Both the position numbers and the translations under genes were made by a program. A DNA stretch of 64,000 nucleotides, taken from NCBI RefSeq assembly GCF_036396855.1, contig NZ_DASWKA010000067.1, forward strand, positions 357-64,356, given 5' to 3'. Source of the stretch: Candidatus Deferrimicrobium sp. (GTDB taxonomy: Bacteria > Desulfobacterota > Deferrimicrobia > Deferrimicrobiales > Deferrimicrobiaceae). The first letter of the stretch is position 1. The number at the start of each line of letters is the position of its first letter. The notes beneath the pieces were generated by a model. The model saw only the letters and a program-made list of their open reading frames with translations, was not told where the DNA came from and made no database searches. Positions 8,192 through 16,729 of the stretch are shown piece after piece.

Positions 8192-8746
8192 ATGAAAAAG
8201 CTCGCGGTCGCGCTGTCGTTCCTGCTGCTGTCGTCGCATGCGCTTGCGCTGGACGTCGCCGGGGTGAACGTCGCGCCGGCGGTTTCCGTCCACCAGAAGT
8301 CGCTCACCCTCAACGGATCGGGGATCCGCAAGAAACTCTTCATCAAGGTGTACGTCGGCTCGCTCTACACGGAGCGGAAGGTGACGACCCCCGCGCAGCT
8401 CCTCGCCGACCCCGGCGAGAAGCTCATCCGGATGAGCTTCGTACACAAGAAGGTGGAGAAGGAGAAGATCGTCGAGGCGTTCACCGAGGGTCTCGCGAAC
8501 AACTCCCCCGCCGTCGCGCGCTCCGCCGAGGCGAAGGCGTTCCTCGCCTGGTTCACGTCCGACTTCGTCGCGGGCGACACGGTCGACATCTCCCTCTCCC
8601 CCGACGGCACGATGGCCGCATCGCATAACGGGAAGGCCCTCGGGACGGTCCGGTCCCCGGCGCTCGTCCAGGGAGTGCTCCTCATCTGGTTCGGGGAGAA
8701 GCCTGCCGACGGGGGGCTGAAGAAGGGGATGCTCGGGAACGGGTGA
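8192..8746 (+). CDS. chalcone isomerase-like family protein (secreted)
   Basis: RBS aggaggtaagga. Signal peptide MKKLAVALSFLLLSSHALA. Shows the CHI-like signature LNGSGIRKKLFIKVYVGSLY. Confidence 0.75.
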   Translation: MKKLAVALSFLLLSSHALALDVAGVNVAPAVSVHQKSLTLNGSGIRKKLFIKVYVGSLYTERKVTTPAQLLADPGEKLIRMSFVHKKVEKEKIVEAFTEGLANNSPAVARSAEAKAFLAWFTSDFVAGDTVDISLSPDGTMAASHNGKALGTVRSPALVQGVLLIWFGEKPADGGLKKGMLGNG

Positions 8747-8756
8747 GACGGGCGAT

Positions 8757-9128
8757 CTACCTCGGGATGCTGTAGAATTCGACGATCCGCTTCCGGTACT
8801 CCGAGATGTCCCGCCCCAGGGACGACAGTTTTCCGATCTTCCGGTGGATCGCGTCCGTGTGGGAGTCGAGCAGTTCGATCAGGCGCGGCATGATCGTGTC
8901 CGGCATCTTCGTCTCGTGGTAGATTTCCGCCAGCTCCTGCATCTGCTGGAGCGACAGTCCCAGTTCCTTCAACTTCAGGACGAACTTGACCCGCCGGATG
9001 TCGTCCTTCGTATAATACCGGATCCCCCCCTCGGTCCGCTGCGGCGGGTCGATCAGCCCCATCTGCTCGTAGAGCCGCAGCGTCCGGGCCGTCACCCCGA
9101 GCGAACGGGAAAGTTCCCCGATCTGCAT
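8757..9128 (-). CDS. MerR family transcriptional regulator (LiuR-like context)
   Basis: MQIGELSRSLGVTARTLRLYEQMGLIDP is a canonical MerR N-terminal wHTH. The track ORF starts at 9155, but that ATG overlaps a promoter-like TACGAA box, so ATG 9128 is preferred. Start uncertain. Confidence 0.8.
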   Translation of the reverse strand: MQIGELSRSLGVTARTLRLYEQMGLIDPPQRTEGGIRYYTKDDIRRVKFVLKLKELGLSLQQMQELAEIYHETKMPDTIMPRLIELLDSHTDAIHRKIGKLSSLGRDISEYRKRIVEFYSIPR

Positions 9129-9228
9129 GTGATCTTCGATGGTTTTCAGCTTCATTCGTACTTTACCTCAACGTCAATGTTAAACATCATCCCCCCGGGA
9201 GTCAAGCGCTTCTGATACACTTGGTGGC

Positions 9229-10653
9229 ATGAACAGCGACGATCTGTTGCACGGGGCGTCCTCCGTCGGCGCCCTCACCGGGGAGCGGATGCTCGCGGCG
9301 ATCCTGAACAGCCTGAGCGAGGCGGTGATCACCGTCGACCGCGATCACCGCATCGCCTCGTTCAATCGGGCGGCGGAGCGGCTGGTGGGGATCTCCGGGG
9401 GGGAGGCGCTCGGGAAGGATTGCCGGGAAGTGCTCCGCGCCTCGTTCGGTCCCGCGCAGCACGACTGCCCGATGGGGGAGCTCGGCGAGGGGGGAAAGCC
9501 CCGGGTCGACGTCGAGGGAACCCTCGTCCGCGCGGACGGCCGCATCGTTCCCGTCTCCGCGAGCTGGGCGTTCTTCACCGGCGAGACGGGCGAGGTGCAC
9601 GGGTTCGTCATCTCCTTCCGCAGCTTCGAGGAGATCGAGCGGATCGCGGAGGAGCGGAAGTCGAAATTCCCGTTCCGCGAAATCGTCGGGAAGACCCCGA
9701 GGGTCCGGCGGATCTTCGACCTCGTCGAGGTGGTGAAGGACACGGATTCCACCGTGCTGATCACGGGGGAGAGCGGCACAGGGAAGGGGCTGTTCGCCCG
9801 CGCGATCCACGATCTGTCGCCCCGGAGGGAGAAGCCGTTCGTCAAGGTGAACGCGGCCGCCCTGACGGAAACGCTGCTCGAGTCCGAGCTGTTCGGCCAC
9901 GTGAAGGGGGCCTTCACGGGCGCCGTGGCGGACAAGGTGGGGCGGTTCGAGGCGGCCGACGGCGGGACGATCTTCCTCGACGAAATCGGCGAGATCTCCC
10001 CGGCCCTCCAGGTGAAGCTGCTTCGCGTCCTCCAGGACCACGAGTTCGAGCGCGTCGGGAGCAGCCGGACCCAGCGGGCGGATGTCCGGGTGATCGCCGC
10101 CACGAACCGGGACCTGAAGGAAGAGATGCGCGCCGGGCGGTTCCGGGAGGATCTCTTCTACCGCCTGAACGTCATCCCCCTCGTCGTCCCGCCGCTGCGC
10201 GAGCGCCGGGAGGACATCCCCCTCCTGGTCGAACATGTCCTGCGGAAGCTCCGGAAGCGCGGGCTCGACCGCGTGCGCGCCGTCTCCCCCGAGGCGATGC
10301 GCCGCCTGATGGAGTACCCGTGGCCCGGCAACGTGAGGGAGCTGGAGAACGTGCTGGAGCGGGGAGCCGTCTGCTCCCGGGGCGCGGTGCTCGGGATGGA
10401 GGACATCGCGGACGAGGTGCGGGAGCACGGCTCCGTCCGCCCGGGGGAGACGGCGGCCGTTTCCGCCGCGGACCTCCCTGCGACCCGGGAAGACGCCTTC
10501 CACCGGACGGCGGACGACGCTCCGGCCGGGGAGAGGGAGTTCCTGCTTCGGGCGCTGGAAGAGCACCGTTGGAATCGCGGGACCGCTTCGACGGCCCTCG
10601 GGATCGACCGCTCCACCCTCTGGCGAAAGATGAAACGCCTGGGCATCGGTTGA
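9229..10653 (+). CDS. sigma-54-dependent transcriptional activator with N-terminal PAS domain
   Basis: PAS-like N-terminus ([29 protein letters not shown]). AAA+ core with [14 protein letters not shown] and FLDEIGE. C-terminal Fis-type HTH ([12 protein letters not shown]). Confidence 0.9.
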   Translation: MNSDDLLHGASSVGALTGERMLAAILNSLSEAVITVDRDHRIASFNRAAERLVGISGGEALGKDCREVLRASFGPAQHDCPMGELGEGGKPRVDVEGTLVRADGRIVPVSASWAFFTGETGEVHGFVISFRSFEEIERIAEERKSKFPFREIVGKTPRVRRIFDLVEVVKDTDSTVLITGESGTGKGLFARAIHDLSPRREKPFVKVNAAALTETLLESELFGHVKGAFTGAVADKVGRFEAADGGTIFLDEIGEISPALQVKLLRVLQDHEFERVGSSRTQRADVRVIAATNRDLKEEMRAGRFREDLFYRLNVIPLVVPPLRERREDIPLLVEHVLRKLRKRGLDRVRAVSPEAMRRLMEYPWPGNVRELENVLERGAVCSRGAVLGMEDIADEVREHGSVRPGETAAVSAADLPATREDAFHRTADDAPAGEREFLLRALEEHRWNRGTASTALGIDRSTLWRKMKRLGIG

Positions 10654-10792
10654 CCTTCCGGCGACACATAATGTTGCATATAGTGAAACGAAATGTGCGC
10701 CCTCCAGGAGACCGCGCATCAACCCTTTCCGGTTTTTAGCTGATTTATTCACCCGTTCGCGACTTACGAACTGGCCGTTCCTTCTCGGGAGT

Positions 10793-10808
10793 TGGCACCC
10801 CAAATGCA
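10793..10808 (+). promoter_or_regulatory. sigma-54 (-24/-12) promoter
   Basis: TGGCACcccaaaTGCA has exact GG-N10-GC spacing against the consensus TGGCACG-N4-TTGCW. It lies 63 nt upstream of the DUF2892 gene and 140 nt downstream of the activator gene. Confidence 0.6.
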
Positions 10809-10870
10809 GTATCCCTTGAAAACGGAAGGGTCCCGGGACATTCCGCCGGGATCGAAGAGGAGGGGATGCG

Positions 10871-11062
10871 ATGAACGTGGAACGGTGGATCCGGGTGATT
10901 GCGGGGACCTTCGTGCTTGTGAGCCTTGGCCTGGGGTGGTACGTTTCCCCCTGGTACCTGCTGTTCACCGCGTTCGTGGGGCTGAACCTGTTCCAGTCGG
11001 GGTGGACGAACTGGTGCCTGATGGAGAAGATCCTGATCAAACTGGGCGTGCCCGAGAGATAG
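10871..11062 (+). CDS. DUF2892 (YgaP-like) small membrane protein
   Basis: 63 aa with two hydrophobic helices, MNVERWIRVIAGTFVLVSLGLGWYVSPWYLLFTAFVGLNLFQSGWTNWC. RBS gaggagggg. Confidence 0.75.
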   Translation: MNVERWIRVIAGTFVLVSLGLGWYVSPWYLLFTAFVGLNLFQSGWTNWCLMEKILIKLGVPER

Positions 11063-11073
11063 GAGGAGTGCCG

Positions 11074-11280
11074 ATGCCGCTCTACGAGTACCGGTGTGAG
11101 AAGTGCGGTCAGCAGTACGAGTCGTACAAGCGGCTGACCGAGGAGAAGAAGGAAGAAATGTGCCCCGCGTGCGGCGGCCGCGCGGTGAAGATGGGGATCT
11201 CCCTGTTCACCGCGAAGGGGAGCTCGCCCGGGGGCGGCGCCTCTTGCGGCTCCGGCCCGCGCCGTTCGCCATTCGGGTGA
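11074..11280 (+). CDS. FmdB-family zinc-ribbon protein
   Basis: MPLYEYRCEKCGQQYE...CPACGG is the classic CxxC..CxxC FmdB N-terminus. RBS aggagg 7 nt upstream. Confidence 0.8.
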   Translation: MPLYEYRCEKCGQQYESYKRLTEEKKEEMCPACGGRAVKMGISLFTAKGSSPGGGASCGSGPRRSPFG

Positions 11281-11333
11281 GCGTGATCACCGGCCCGGCG
11301 GTCGCCGGGCCAAGCCATCCATGAGGTGCTCCC

Positions 11334-11417
11334 ATGTGGGGTGATTTGCTCCCGTTGATCCTGTTCGCTGTGGTCTTCGTCGTGTTCCTGATTCTGGGTG
11401 GTCCGGGAGGCGGTTGA
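11334..11417 (+). CDS. possible 27-aa hydrophobic micropeptide
   Basis: ATG preceded by gaggtg at suitable spacing. Product MWGDLLPLILFAVVFVVFLILGGPGGG forms a single TM-like helix. It is too short for the ORF track and rests on context only. Confidence 0.3.
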   Translation: MWGDLLPLILFAVVFVVFLILGGPGGG

Positions 11418-11450
11418 GGCCCCCGGTGCTGACCGCCGGCCGTGCGCCGG

Positions 11451-11533
11451 CCAGGGGGGGACATACCTGGTGTAAACCCGGGATGCAGGGAAGGTGTGTC
11501 CTCCCACTGCGGGAAGGTGTGTCCTCCCACTGC
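11451..11533 (+). repeat. G-family REP-like element, right-half copy
   Basis: ccaggggggacatacctggtgtaaacccgggatgcagggaaggtgtgtcctcccactgcgggaaggtgtgtcctcccactgc. Matches 63948-64000 and abuts the folE stop codon. Confidence 0.75.
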
Positions 11534-12093
11534 TACCGAACAATGTTTAGATTCGGCTTTATTAACTCCAAAAACTCCATCCGCGTCGATTCCCGGGTGC
11601 GGAACACCCCCAGCATCGCCGAGGTAACCGCCTTCGCGTTCGTCTTCTGCACGCCGCGCATCATCATGCAAAGGTGGAACGCCTCGACGACCACCGCCAC
11701 GCCGTGCGGCTGGAGCGTATCCATGAGGGCGGTCGCGATCTCCTGCGTCAGCCGCTCCTGGACCTGCAGCCGGCGGGAGTAGAGCTCGACGACGCGGGCG
11801 ATCTTCGACAGCCCGACGATGTGCCTGCGCGGCATGTACGCCACGTGGCACTTCCCGAAGAACGGCAGCATGTGGTGCTCGCACATCGAGAAGATGTCGA
11901 TGTCCTTGATCGTCACCATCTCGTCGTACTGCTCGTGGAAGATGGCGCTCCGCAGCACATCGCGCGGGTCCTGCTGGTACCCTTGCGTCAGGAACGCGAT
12001 CGATTTCTCGAACCGCTCCGGAGTTCTCTTGAGCCCCTCGCGGTCGGGGTCCTCCCCGATCTTGATCAGGAGGTCGCGGATGATATCCTGCAT
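11533..12093 (-). CDS. folE: GTP cyclohydrolase I
   Basis: 186 aa with the conserved blocks [33 protein letters not shown] and QVQERLT. Confidence 0.95.
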   Translation of the reverse strand: MQDIIRDLLIKIGEDPDREGLKRTPERFEKSIAFLTQGYQQDPRDVLRSAIFHEQYDEMVTIKDIDIFSMCEHHMLPFFGKCHVAYMPRRHIVGLSKIARVVELYSRRLQVQERLTQEIATALMDTLQPHGVAVVVEAFHLCMMMRGVQKTNAKAVTSAMLGVFRTRESTRMEFLELIKPNLNIVR

Positions 12094-12131
12094 AATGAAA
12101 TCATCTTAATGCAGGAGGAGGATCCCCCCAA

Positions 12132-12665
12132 ATGAAAAAGGATCCGTCGCGAGCGAAGGAGAGCGCCGTCATGAAGGGGCTGAAACAGGCGCTGCGCAAC
12201 GAGATCGACGGCGCGGAGTTCTACCGGATGGCCGCGGGAAACGCCCGCCGCGACGCGGTTCGCCAGATGTTCCAATTCCTGATGGAGGAGGAGGTGCGCC
12301 ACCGCGAGGCGATCGTGAACCAGATGCGGCGGCTGGCGGAGGGAAAGGGGATGAAATTCGAGCGGAGCGCGTCCGCGAGGAAGGCGCTCGCGAAATTCAA
12401 GAGCCCGCTGCTCACCGAAGACTTCGTCAGGGAGGGCCGGCTGGTCGAGGGCGAGGTGGCGGCGCTCTCCATCGGGATGACGCTGGAGAAACGCGCGATC
12501 GCCCAGTTCAACGCCCTGCGGAAAACCGCGGCCGGCGACGTCCGGGCGGAAAAGATCTTCTCCGACCTCGTCGCCTGGGAGCAGGACCACCTGGACGTCC
12601 TGACGCGGCAATACGACCAGCTGCGGGAAACGTATTGGGAAGAGGCGCGCTTCTGGCCGTTCTAG
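12132..12665 (+). CDS. ferritin-like / rubrerythrin-family protein
   Basis: 177 aa with two E-x-x-H-like helices (EIDGAEFY...MEEEVRHREA and LEKRAIAQF...WEQDHLDVL), typical of the ferritin-like diiron fold. Confidence 0.65.
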   Translation: MKKDPSRAKESAVMKGLKQALRNEIDGAEFYRMAAGNARRDAVRQMFQFLMEEEVRHREAIVNQMRRLAEGKGMKFERSASARKALAKFKSPLLTEDFVREGRLVEGEVAALSIGMTLEKRAIAQFNALRKTAAGDVRAEKIFSDLVAWEQDHLDVLTRQYDQLRETYWEEARFWPF

Positions 12666-13246
12666 CGACACGGACCGACGAGGAGTTGATGCTCCTCTTC
12701 CGCGAGGGGAGCCGGGAGGCGTTCGAGGAGCTGTTCTCGCGCCATCATCGCGCCGTGGTCCGGTTCGCCTGGCGGATGACGGGGGACCCCTCCGCCGCGG
12801 AAGAGGCGGCCCAGGAGATCTTCCTGCGGATCGCCCGGGCCGCGCCCACGTACCATCCCACCGCGAAATTCACCACGTGGATGTACACGGTCGCCCGCCG
12901 GACCACCCTCAATTACCTGCGGGACACGAAAGAGGACGGGGAGAAGGTCCCGATCCTTCCGGAAGGGGAGGGAGAGGACGGAGCCTACCCGGTGCAACTG
13001 CCGGGGCCGGACGACCGGAACCCGGAGCAGGTCGTCTGGGAGGCGCAGCTCACGGAACGTTTCCGGACCGCCCTCGGGGAACTCCCGGAGGGGCACCGCG
13101 CCGCGTTCGTCCTCAACCGCGGGGACGGACTCTCCTACGGGGAGGTGGCGCAGGTCCTCGGGGTCACGGTGCAGGCGGTGAAGACGCGCATTTTCCGGGC
13201 CCGTGAGATGCTCCTGTCGCGGCTGTCGAAGGACCTTTCGGGGTGA
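12635..13246 (+). CDS. ECF-type RNA polymerase sigma-70 family factor
   Basis: Region 2 (FEELFSRHHRAVVRFAWRMTGDPSAAEEAAQEIFLRI...FTTWMYTVARR) and region 4 (LSYGEVAQVLGVTVQAVKTRIFRAR) are present. The TTG start at 12635 overlaps the previous gene. ATG 12689 is an alternative. Confidence 0.85.
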   Translation: MGRGALLAVLATRTDEELMLLFREGSREAFEELFSRHHRAVVRFAWRMTGDPSAAEEAAQEIFLRIARAAPTYHPTAKFTTWMYTVARRTTLNYLRDTKEDGEKVPILPEGEGEDGAYPVQLPGPDDRNPEQVVWEAQLTERFRTALGELPEGHRAAFVLNRGDGLSYGEVAQVLGVTVQAVKTRIFRAREMLLSRLSKDLSG

Positions 13247-13289
13247 AACCTTTTCCCGCTTCCCCGGGTTTACAGGAACAGGACGGAGG

Positions 13290-13871
13290 ATGACGATGGG
13301 CTGCCGTGAGATCCGCGAAGCGATCAGCGTCTGCGTGGACGGCGAAGCGTCGCCCGGGGAGGCGGCAGCGGTGCGCGAGCACCTCGCTTCCTGTGAGCGG
13401 TGCCGGGCGCTCGAGCGGCAGATGCGTGCGGTGGGCGCGGGAGTCCGGCAGGTCCGGGGTTCGGTGCCGGACCGGTTCCGAGAGGAGGTCTTCGCCCGTC
13501 TCGAATCCGAGGGGGCGCTGCCGAAGCGGAAAAAGGCCGTTTCCACGGCATGGCGCCGGGCGGCCGTCCCGCTGGCCGCCGCCGCCGGGTTGGGGTTGTT
13601 CCTCCTCACGGCGCGGGAGGGGATCCGGGAGCCTGTTCCTTCGGGGCCCGCCACGGCACGCGTCGGGACCTCCGCCCCTGACGCGCCGTCCCCTCAGGGG
13701 AACGGGTCGGCACTCTCCGCCGAGGACCGGGAGATGCTCGCGATGCTCGATCTCCTGGAAGACCCGGCGGCTTTCGACGCAAGCGGCGACGCGGAGGGGA
13801 TGGACCTGCTTGTTCCGGGAGGCTCCGCGGATTCGCCGATTCCTCCACAGGGCGGGAGGAGCGGCGGATGA
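13290..13871 (+). CDS. anti-sigma factor, zf-HC2 type, single TM
   Basis: MTMGCREIREAISVCVDGE...HLASCERCR matches the H-x3-C-x2-C motif. A central TM segment (VPLAAAAGLGLFLL) is present. It lies directly downstream of the ECF sigma gene. Confidence 0.7.
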   Translation: MTMGCREIREAISVCVDGEASPGEAAAVREHLASCERCRALERQMRAVGAGVRQVRGSVPDRFREEVFARLESEGALPKRKKAVSTAWRRAAVPLAAAAGLGLFLLTAREGIREPVPSGPATARVGTSAPDAPSPQGNGSALSAEDREMLAMLDLLEDPAAFDASGDAEGMDLLVPGGSADSPIPPQGGRSGG

Positions 13872-14443
13872 CCCCGCGTACCTTCCGTTTCGCGAGAGCG
13901 ATCGGGCTTGCGTTTTTTCCGGCGTTGCTCTGGGTTCTCCTCCCGCTTCCGGGGGGCGCCGTTGCCCGTGGGGTCGAAACGGGTACGCCGGATCGCCGGA
14001 TCGTGGACAACGTGCCGCGGGAGCGCCTCGAACGGTGGCGTGCGATGCCCCCCGAGGAGCGCGAGCGGATCCGGGAGCGGTACCACCGGTGGAAGGAACT
14101 GCCGCCGGAAAAGCGGGAGCGGATCCGGGAGAGGCACCGTCGGTGGCGGGAACTCCCCGAGGAGCAGCGGAGCTACCTGAAGGATCGCCGCGAGTTGTTG
14201 AAAAGCGCCGGGCCGGAAGATCGTGCCGTCGTGCGCAAGTTCTTCGCCCGGATGCGCTCCCTTCCTCCGGAGGAGCGCAGCGCGACGAGGCAAAGGATCC
14301 GGGAGTGGCGATCGCTCCCGCCGGGGGAGCGCGAAGAAGCGATGCGCTCCTGGGGCTTCTACCGCGATCTTTCCGGGCCGGAACGCGAAACCCTCCGGTG
14401 GTTCCTGTTCGCGCGGCCCGGGGAGCGGCCGCCCCGTGGGTAG
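13868..14443 (+). CDS. DUF3106-like repeat protein (secreted)
   Basis: 4-nt start/stop overlap with the anti-sigma gene. Signal-like N-terminus. Repeated W(R/K)ELPPE(E/K)RERIRERH units are typical of DUF3106 proteins that accompany ECF sigma modules. Confidence 0.6.
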   Translation: MTPRTFRFARAIGLAFFPALLWVLLPLPGGAVARGVETGTPDRRIVDNVPRERLERWRAMPPEERERIRERYHRWKELPPEKRERIRERHRRWRELPEEQRSYLKDRRELLKSAGPEDRAVVRKFFARMRSLPPEERSATRQRIREWRSLPPGEREEAMRSWGFYRDLSGPERETLRWFLFARPGERPPRG

Positions 14444-14498
14444 CCCTTCCCGGAATGCGCGTGGTCCGGGGATCGCGGAACCTTCGAGGGAGGCGTGG

Positions 14499-14945
14499 AT
14501 GCGCGCCGCGCTTCGGGAAGCGGAAAAGGGAGCCGCCTCCGGAGAGATCCCGGTGGGCGCGGTCGTGATCTCTCCGGAAGGGGAGATCCTCGCGCGGGCG
14601 CACAACCGGTCCGTCACTGCGAACGACCCCACCGCGCACGCCGAGATCCTCGCCTTGCGCAGCGCGGCACGCAGGACCGGCAACTACCGGCTGACCGGCT
14701 GCCGCCTCGTCGTGACGCTGGAGCCGTGCCCGATGTGCGCCGGCGCCGCGGTTGTCGCGCGGGTGGCGGAGATCCTCTATGGCACGCCCGACCCGAAGGG
14801 GGGCGCCGTCTCCACCCTCTATCGAATCGCGTCCGATCCGCGCCTCAACCACCGCGCCGCCGTCACGTCCGGCGTCCTCGCGGAAGAGTGCGCCGCCCTC
14901 CTCACATCGTTCTTCCGCTCACGCCGCTCCGCGTCGTCCCCATGA
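14499..14945 (+). CDS. tadA: tRNA adenosine(34) deaminase
   Basis: RBS gagggagg. Deaminase motifs HAEILAL and LEPCPMCAGA, plus GAVSTLY. Confidence 0.9.
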   Translation: MRAALREAEKGAASGEIPVGAVVISPEGEILARAHNRSVTANDPTAHAEILALRSAARRTGNYRLTGCRLVVTLEPCPMCAGAAVVARVAEILYGTPDPKGGAVSTLYRIASDPRLNHRAAVTSGVLAEECAALLTSFFRSRRSASSP

Positions 14946-14953
14946 CCGCGGGG

Positions 14954-16411
14954 TCAGAACAGGGGGGAGAAGATCCGGCAGGTGTCCTCGAGCAGTTGCA
15001 GGGAGCGCGGCCGCCGCGTGAACCGGACGGGATCGACCGGATCCGTGCTCTCGAGGTCCTTTAGAAAGCCGTTCGCCAGCGCCTCGATCTGCGGGCGGCC
15101 GTAGAGGAACACCCCGAGCTCGAAATTCAGGAAGAAGCTCCTCATGTCGACGTTGGGAGATCCGATCACCCCGACGTCGTCGTCCACCACGAGCACCTTG
15201 GCGTGCAGGTTCGTCGGACGGTAAAGGTGGATCCGTACGCCCGACCCCATCATCTCGTCGAAATACGACCTTCCGGCCAGCGACACGATCCGCAGGTCGG
15301 ACGTCCCCGGGACGATCAGGCGGACATCCACCCCCCGCAAGGCGGCGTTGCGAAGGGCCGCGCCGATGCCGTCGTCCGGGACGAAGTACGGTGTTTCGAT
15401 CCAGAGCCGTCGACGGGCCGCCGTGAACGCCGCGAAGACCCCTTCGTAGATGGGACGCGTTTCCCTGTCCGGCCCGGAAGCGGCGATCTGGAGGGCGCAC
15501 CGGGGAGAGGCGCCGACCTCGAACCGGAACGGCGGCGGGAATAGATCGCCCGCGGGGTTCGTCTCCTCCGTCGCGAATGCCCAATCGTCGAGGAACAGCG
15601 ACTGCAAATCGGGCAGGGCGGGTCCCTCGATCACCGCGGCGATGTCCCGCCACTGTTCCTTCGATGTTCTCGGGCCCAAGTACTTCCTCCCGATGTTCAT
15701 CCCCCCCGTGAACGCTTTCCGTCCGTCCGCGATCAGGAGTTTCCGGTGGTTCCGCAGGTGGGCGGACCACCGGCGGTGGAGGGGGAATGCGGGCAGGAAG
15801 GCCGCCACCTCCCCGCCCGCCTCCCGCAGCGGGCGCACGGTTCTTCGCAGCGCCCTCCACGACCCCACGGCATCGAGCAGCAGCCGGACGCGGATCCCTT
15901 CCCGCGCCCGGGCGGCGAGCGCCTGGATGAACCTGCGCCCGACGGGGTCGACGTCGAGGATGAAAAACTGCGCGTGCAGGTGGTCACGGGCGGATCCGAT
16001 CAGGGAGAGGACGGCATCGTACGCCTCGTCCCCGCCGCGCAGGAAGGTGACGCGGTTCCCCTCCGTCGGCGGGGGCGTTCCCGCCGCCAGGAGGACCCGG
16101 CCGCACCGCTCCCCGACGTCGGTGGGGAGCTCCTCGGGCCGAAGCCGGTTGGAGAGGGAAGAGGCGACCGGCCCGACGGCGGCGATCTTGGCGCGGATGT
16201 GCCGGCGGACCCGGCGGACGCCGATCAGGAAGTAGAGCGGGATGCCGATCAGCGGCAGGAGCAAGATGGCGAGCATCCACGCCAGGGTCGCCGAAGGGTG
16301 GCGCCGCTCGAGGATGATTCGGGGGATCAGGAAGAACGCGAAGACGTACCCGGCGATGTTCAGCGCCAGGAGCACGTATTTCCAGACGTCGTACATTCTC
16401 GGGTCCATCAC
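14954..16411 (-). CDS. cls: cardiolipin synthase
   Basis: 485 aa with two N-terminal TM helices and two HKD motifs (HRKLLIADG.. and NLHAKVLVVDD). Confidence 0.9.
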   Translation of the reverse strand: MMDPRMYDVWKYVLLALNIAGYVFAFFLIPRIILERRHPSATLAWMLAILLLPLIGIPLYFLIGVRRVRRHIRAKIAAVGPVASSLSNRLRPEELPTDVGERCGRVLLAAGTPPPTEGNRVTFLRGGDEAYDAVLSLIGSARDHLHAQFFILDVDPVGRRFIQALAARAREGIRVRLLLDAVGSWRALRRTVRPLREAGGEVAAFLPAFPLHRRWSAHLRNHRKLLIADGRKAFTGGMNIGRKYLGPRTSKEQWRDIAAVIEGPALPDLQSLFLDDWAFATEETNPAGDLFPPPFRFEVGASPRCALQIAASGPDRETRPIYEGVFAAFTAARRRLWIETPYFVPDDGIGAALRNAALRGVDVRLIVPGTSDLRIVSLAGRSYFDEMMGSGVRIHLYRPTNLHAKVLVVDDDVGVIGSPNVDMRSFFLNFELGVFLYGRPQIEALANGFLKDLESTDPVDPVRFTRRPRSLQLLEDTCRIFSPLF

Positions 16412-16420
16412 GCTTCAGGT

Positions 16421-16465
16421 TTCAGGGGGACATTCCTCCCACTGCGGGAAGGAGTGTCCTCCGCC
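16421..16465 (+). repeat. G-family REP-like element, short copy
   Basis: ttcagggggacattcctcccactgcgggaaggagtgtcctccgcc. Confidence 0.7.
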
Positions 16466-16485
16466 GACCACGGTCCGCCTTCCGC

Positions 16486-16514
16486 TTGAAGGAGGACCTT
16501 TCGCCCGATATAAT
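16486..16514 (+). promoter_or_regulatory. sigma-70 promoter for tRNA-Ser
   Basis: TTGAAG, 17-nt spacer, TATAAT, ending 16 nt before the tRNA 5' end. Confidence 0.6.
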
Positions 16515-16530
16515 ACCGCCTTCCCCGCGC

Positions 16531-16623
16531 GGAGGGGTACCGAAGTGGCCGTAACGGGGTCGACTCGAAATCGACTTGGCGGTGCGAGCCGCCACGTGGG
16601 TTCGAATCCCACCCCCTCCGCCA
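16531..16623 (+). tRNA. tRNA-Ser (anticodon CGA), CCA encoded
   Basis: Acceptor stem GGAGGGG/CCCCTCC. Anticodon stem GTCGA/TCGAC with loop CTCGAAA. Long variable arm (ggcggtgcgagccgcc). T-loop GGTTCGAATCC. Discriminator G then CCA. Confidence 0.9.
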
Positions 16624-16729
16624 TCCTCCTTCGCGCAAAATCGGCAATCCTCATACAGGCGATTTTAAGCTTCGGAGGATGGCGCGCTGTGTAGCTCGAG
16701 TGATCACGGGATTCGAACGCGAGCCCGCG

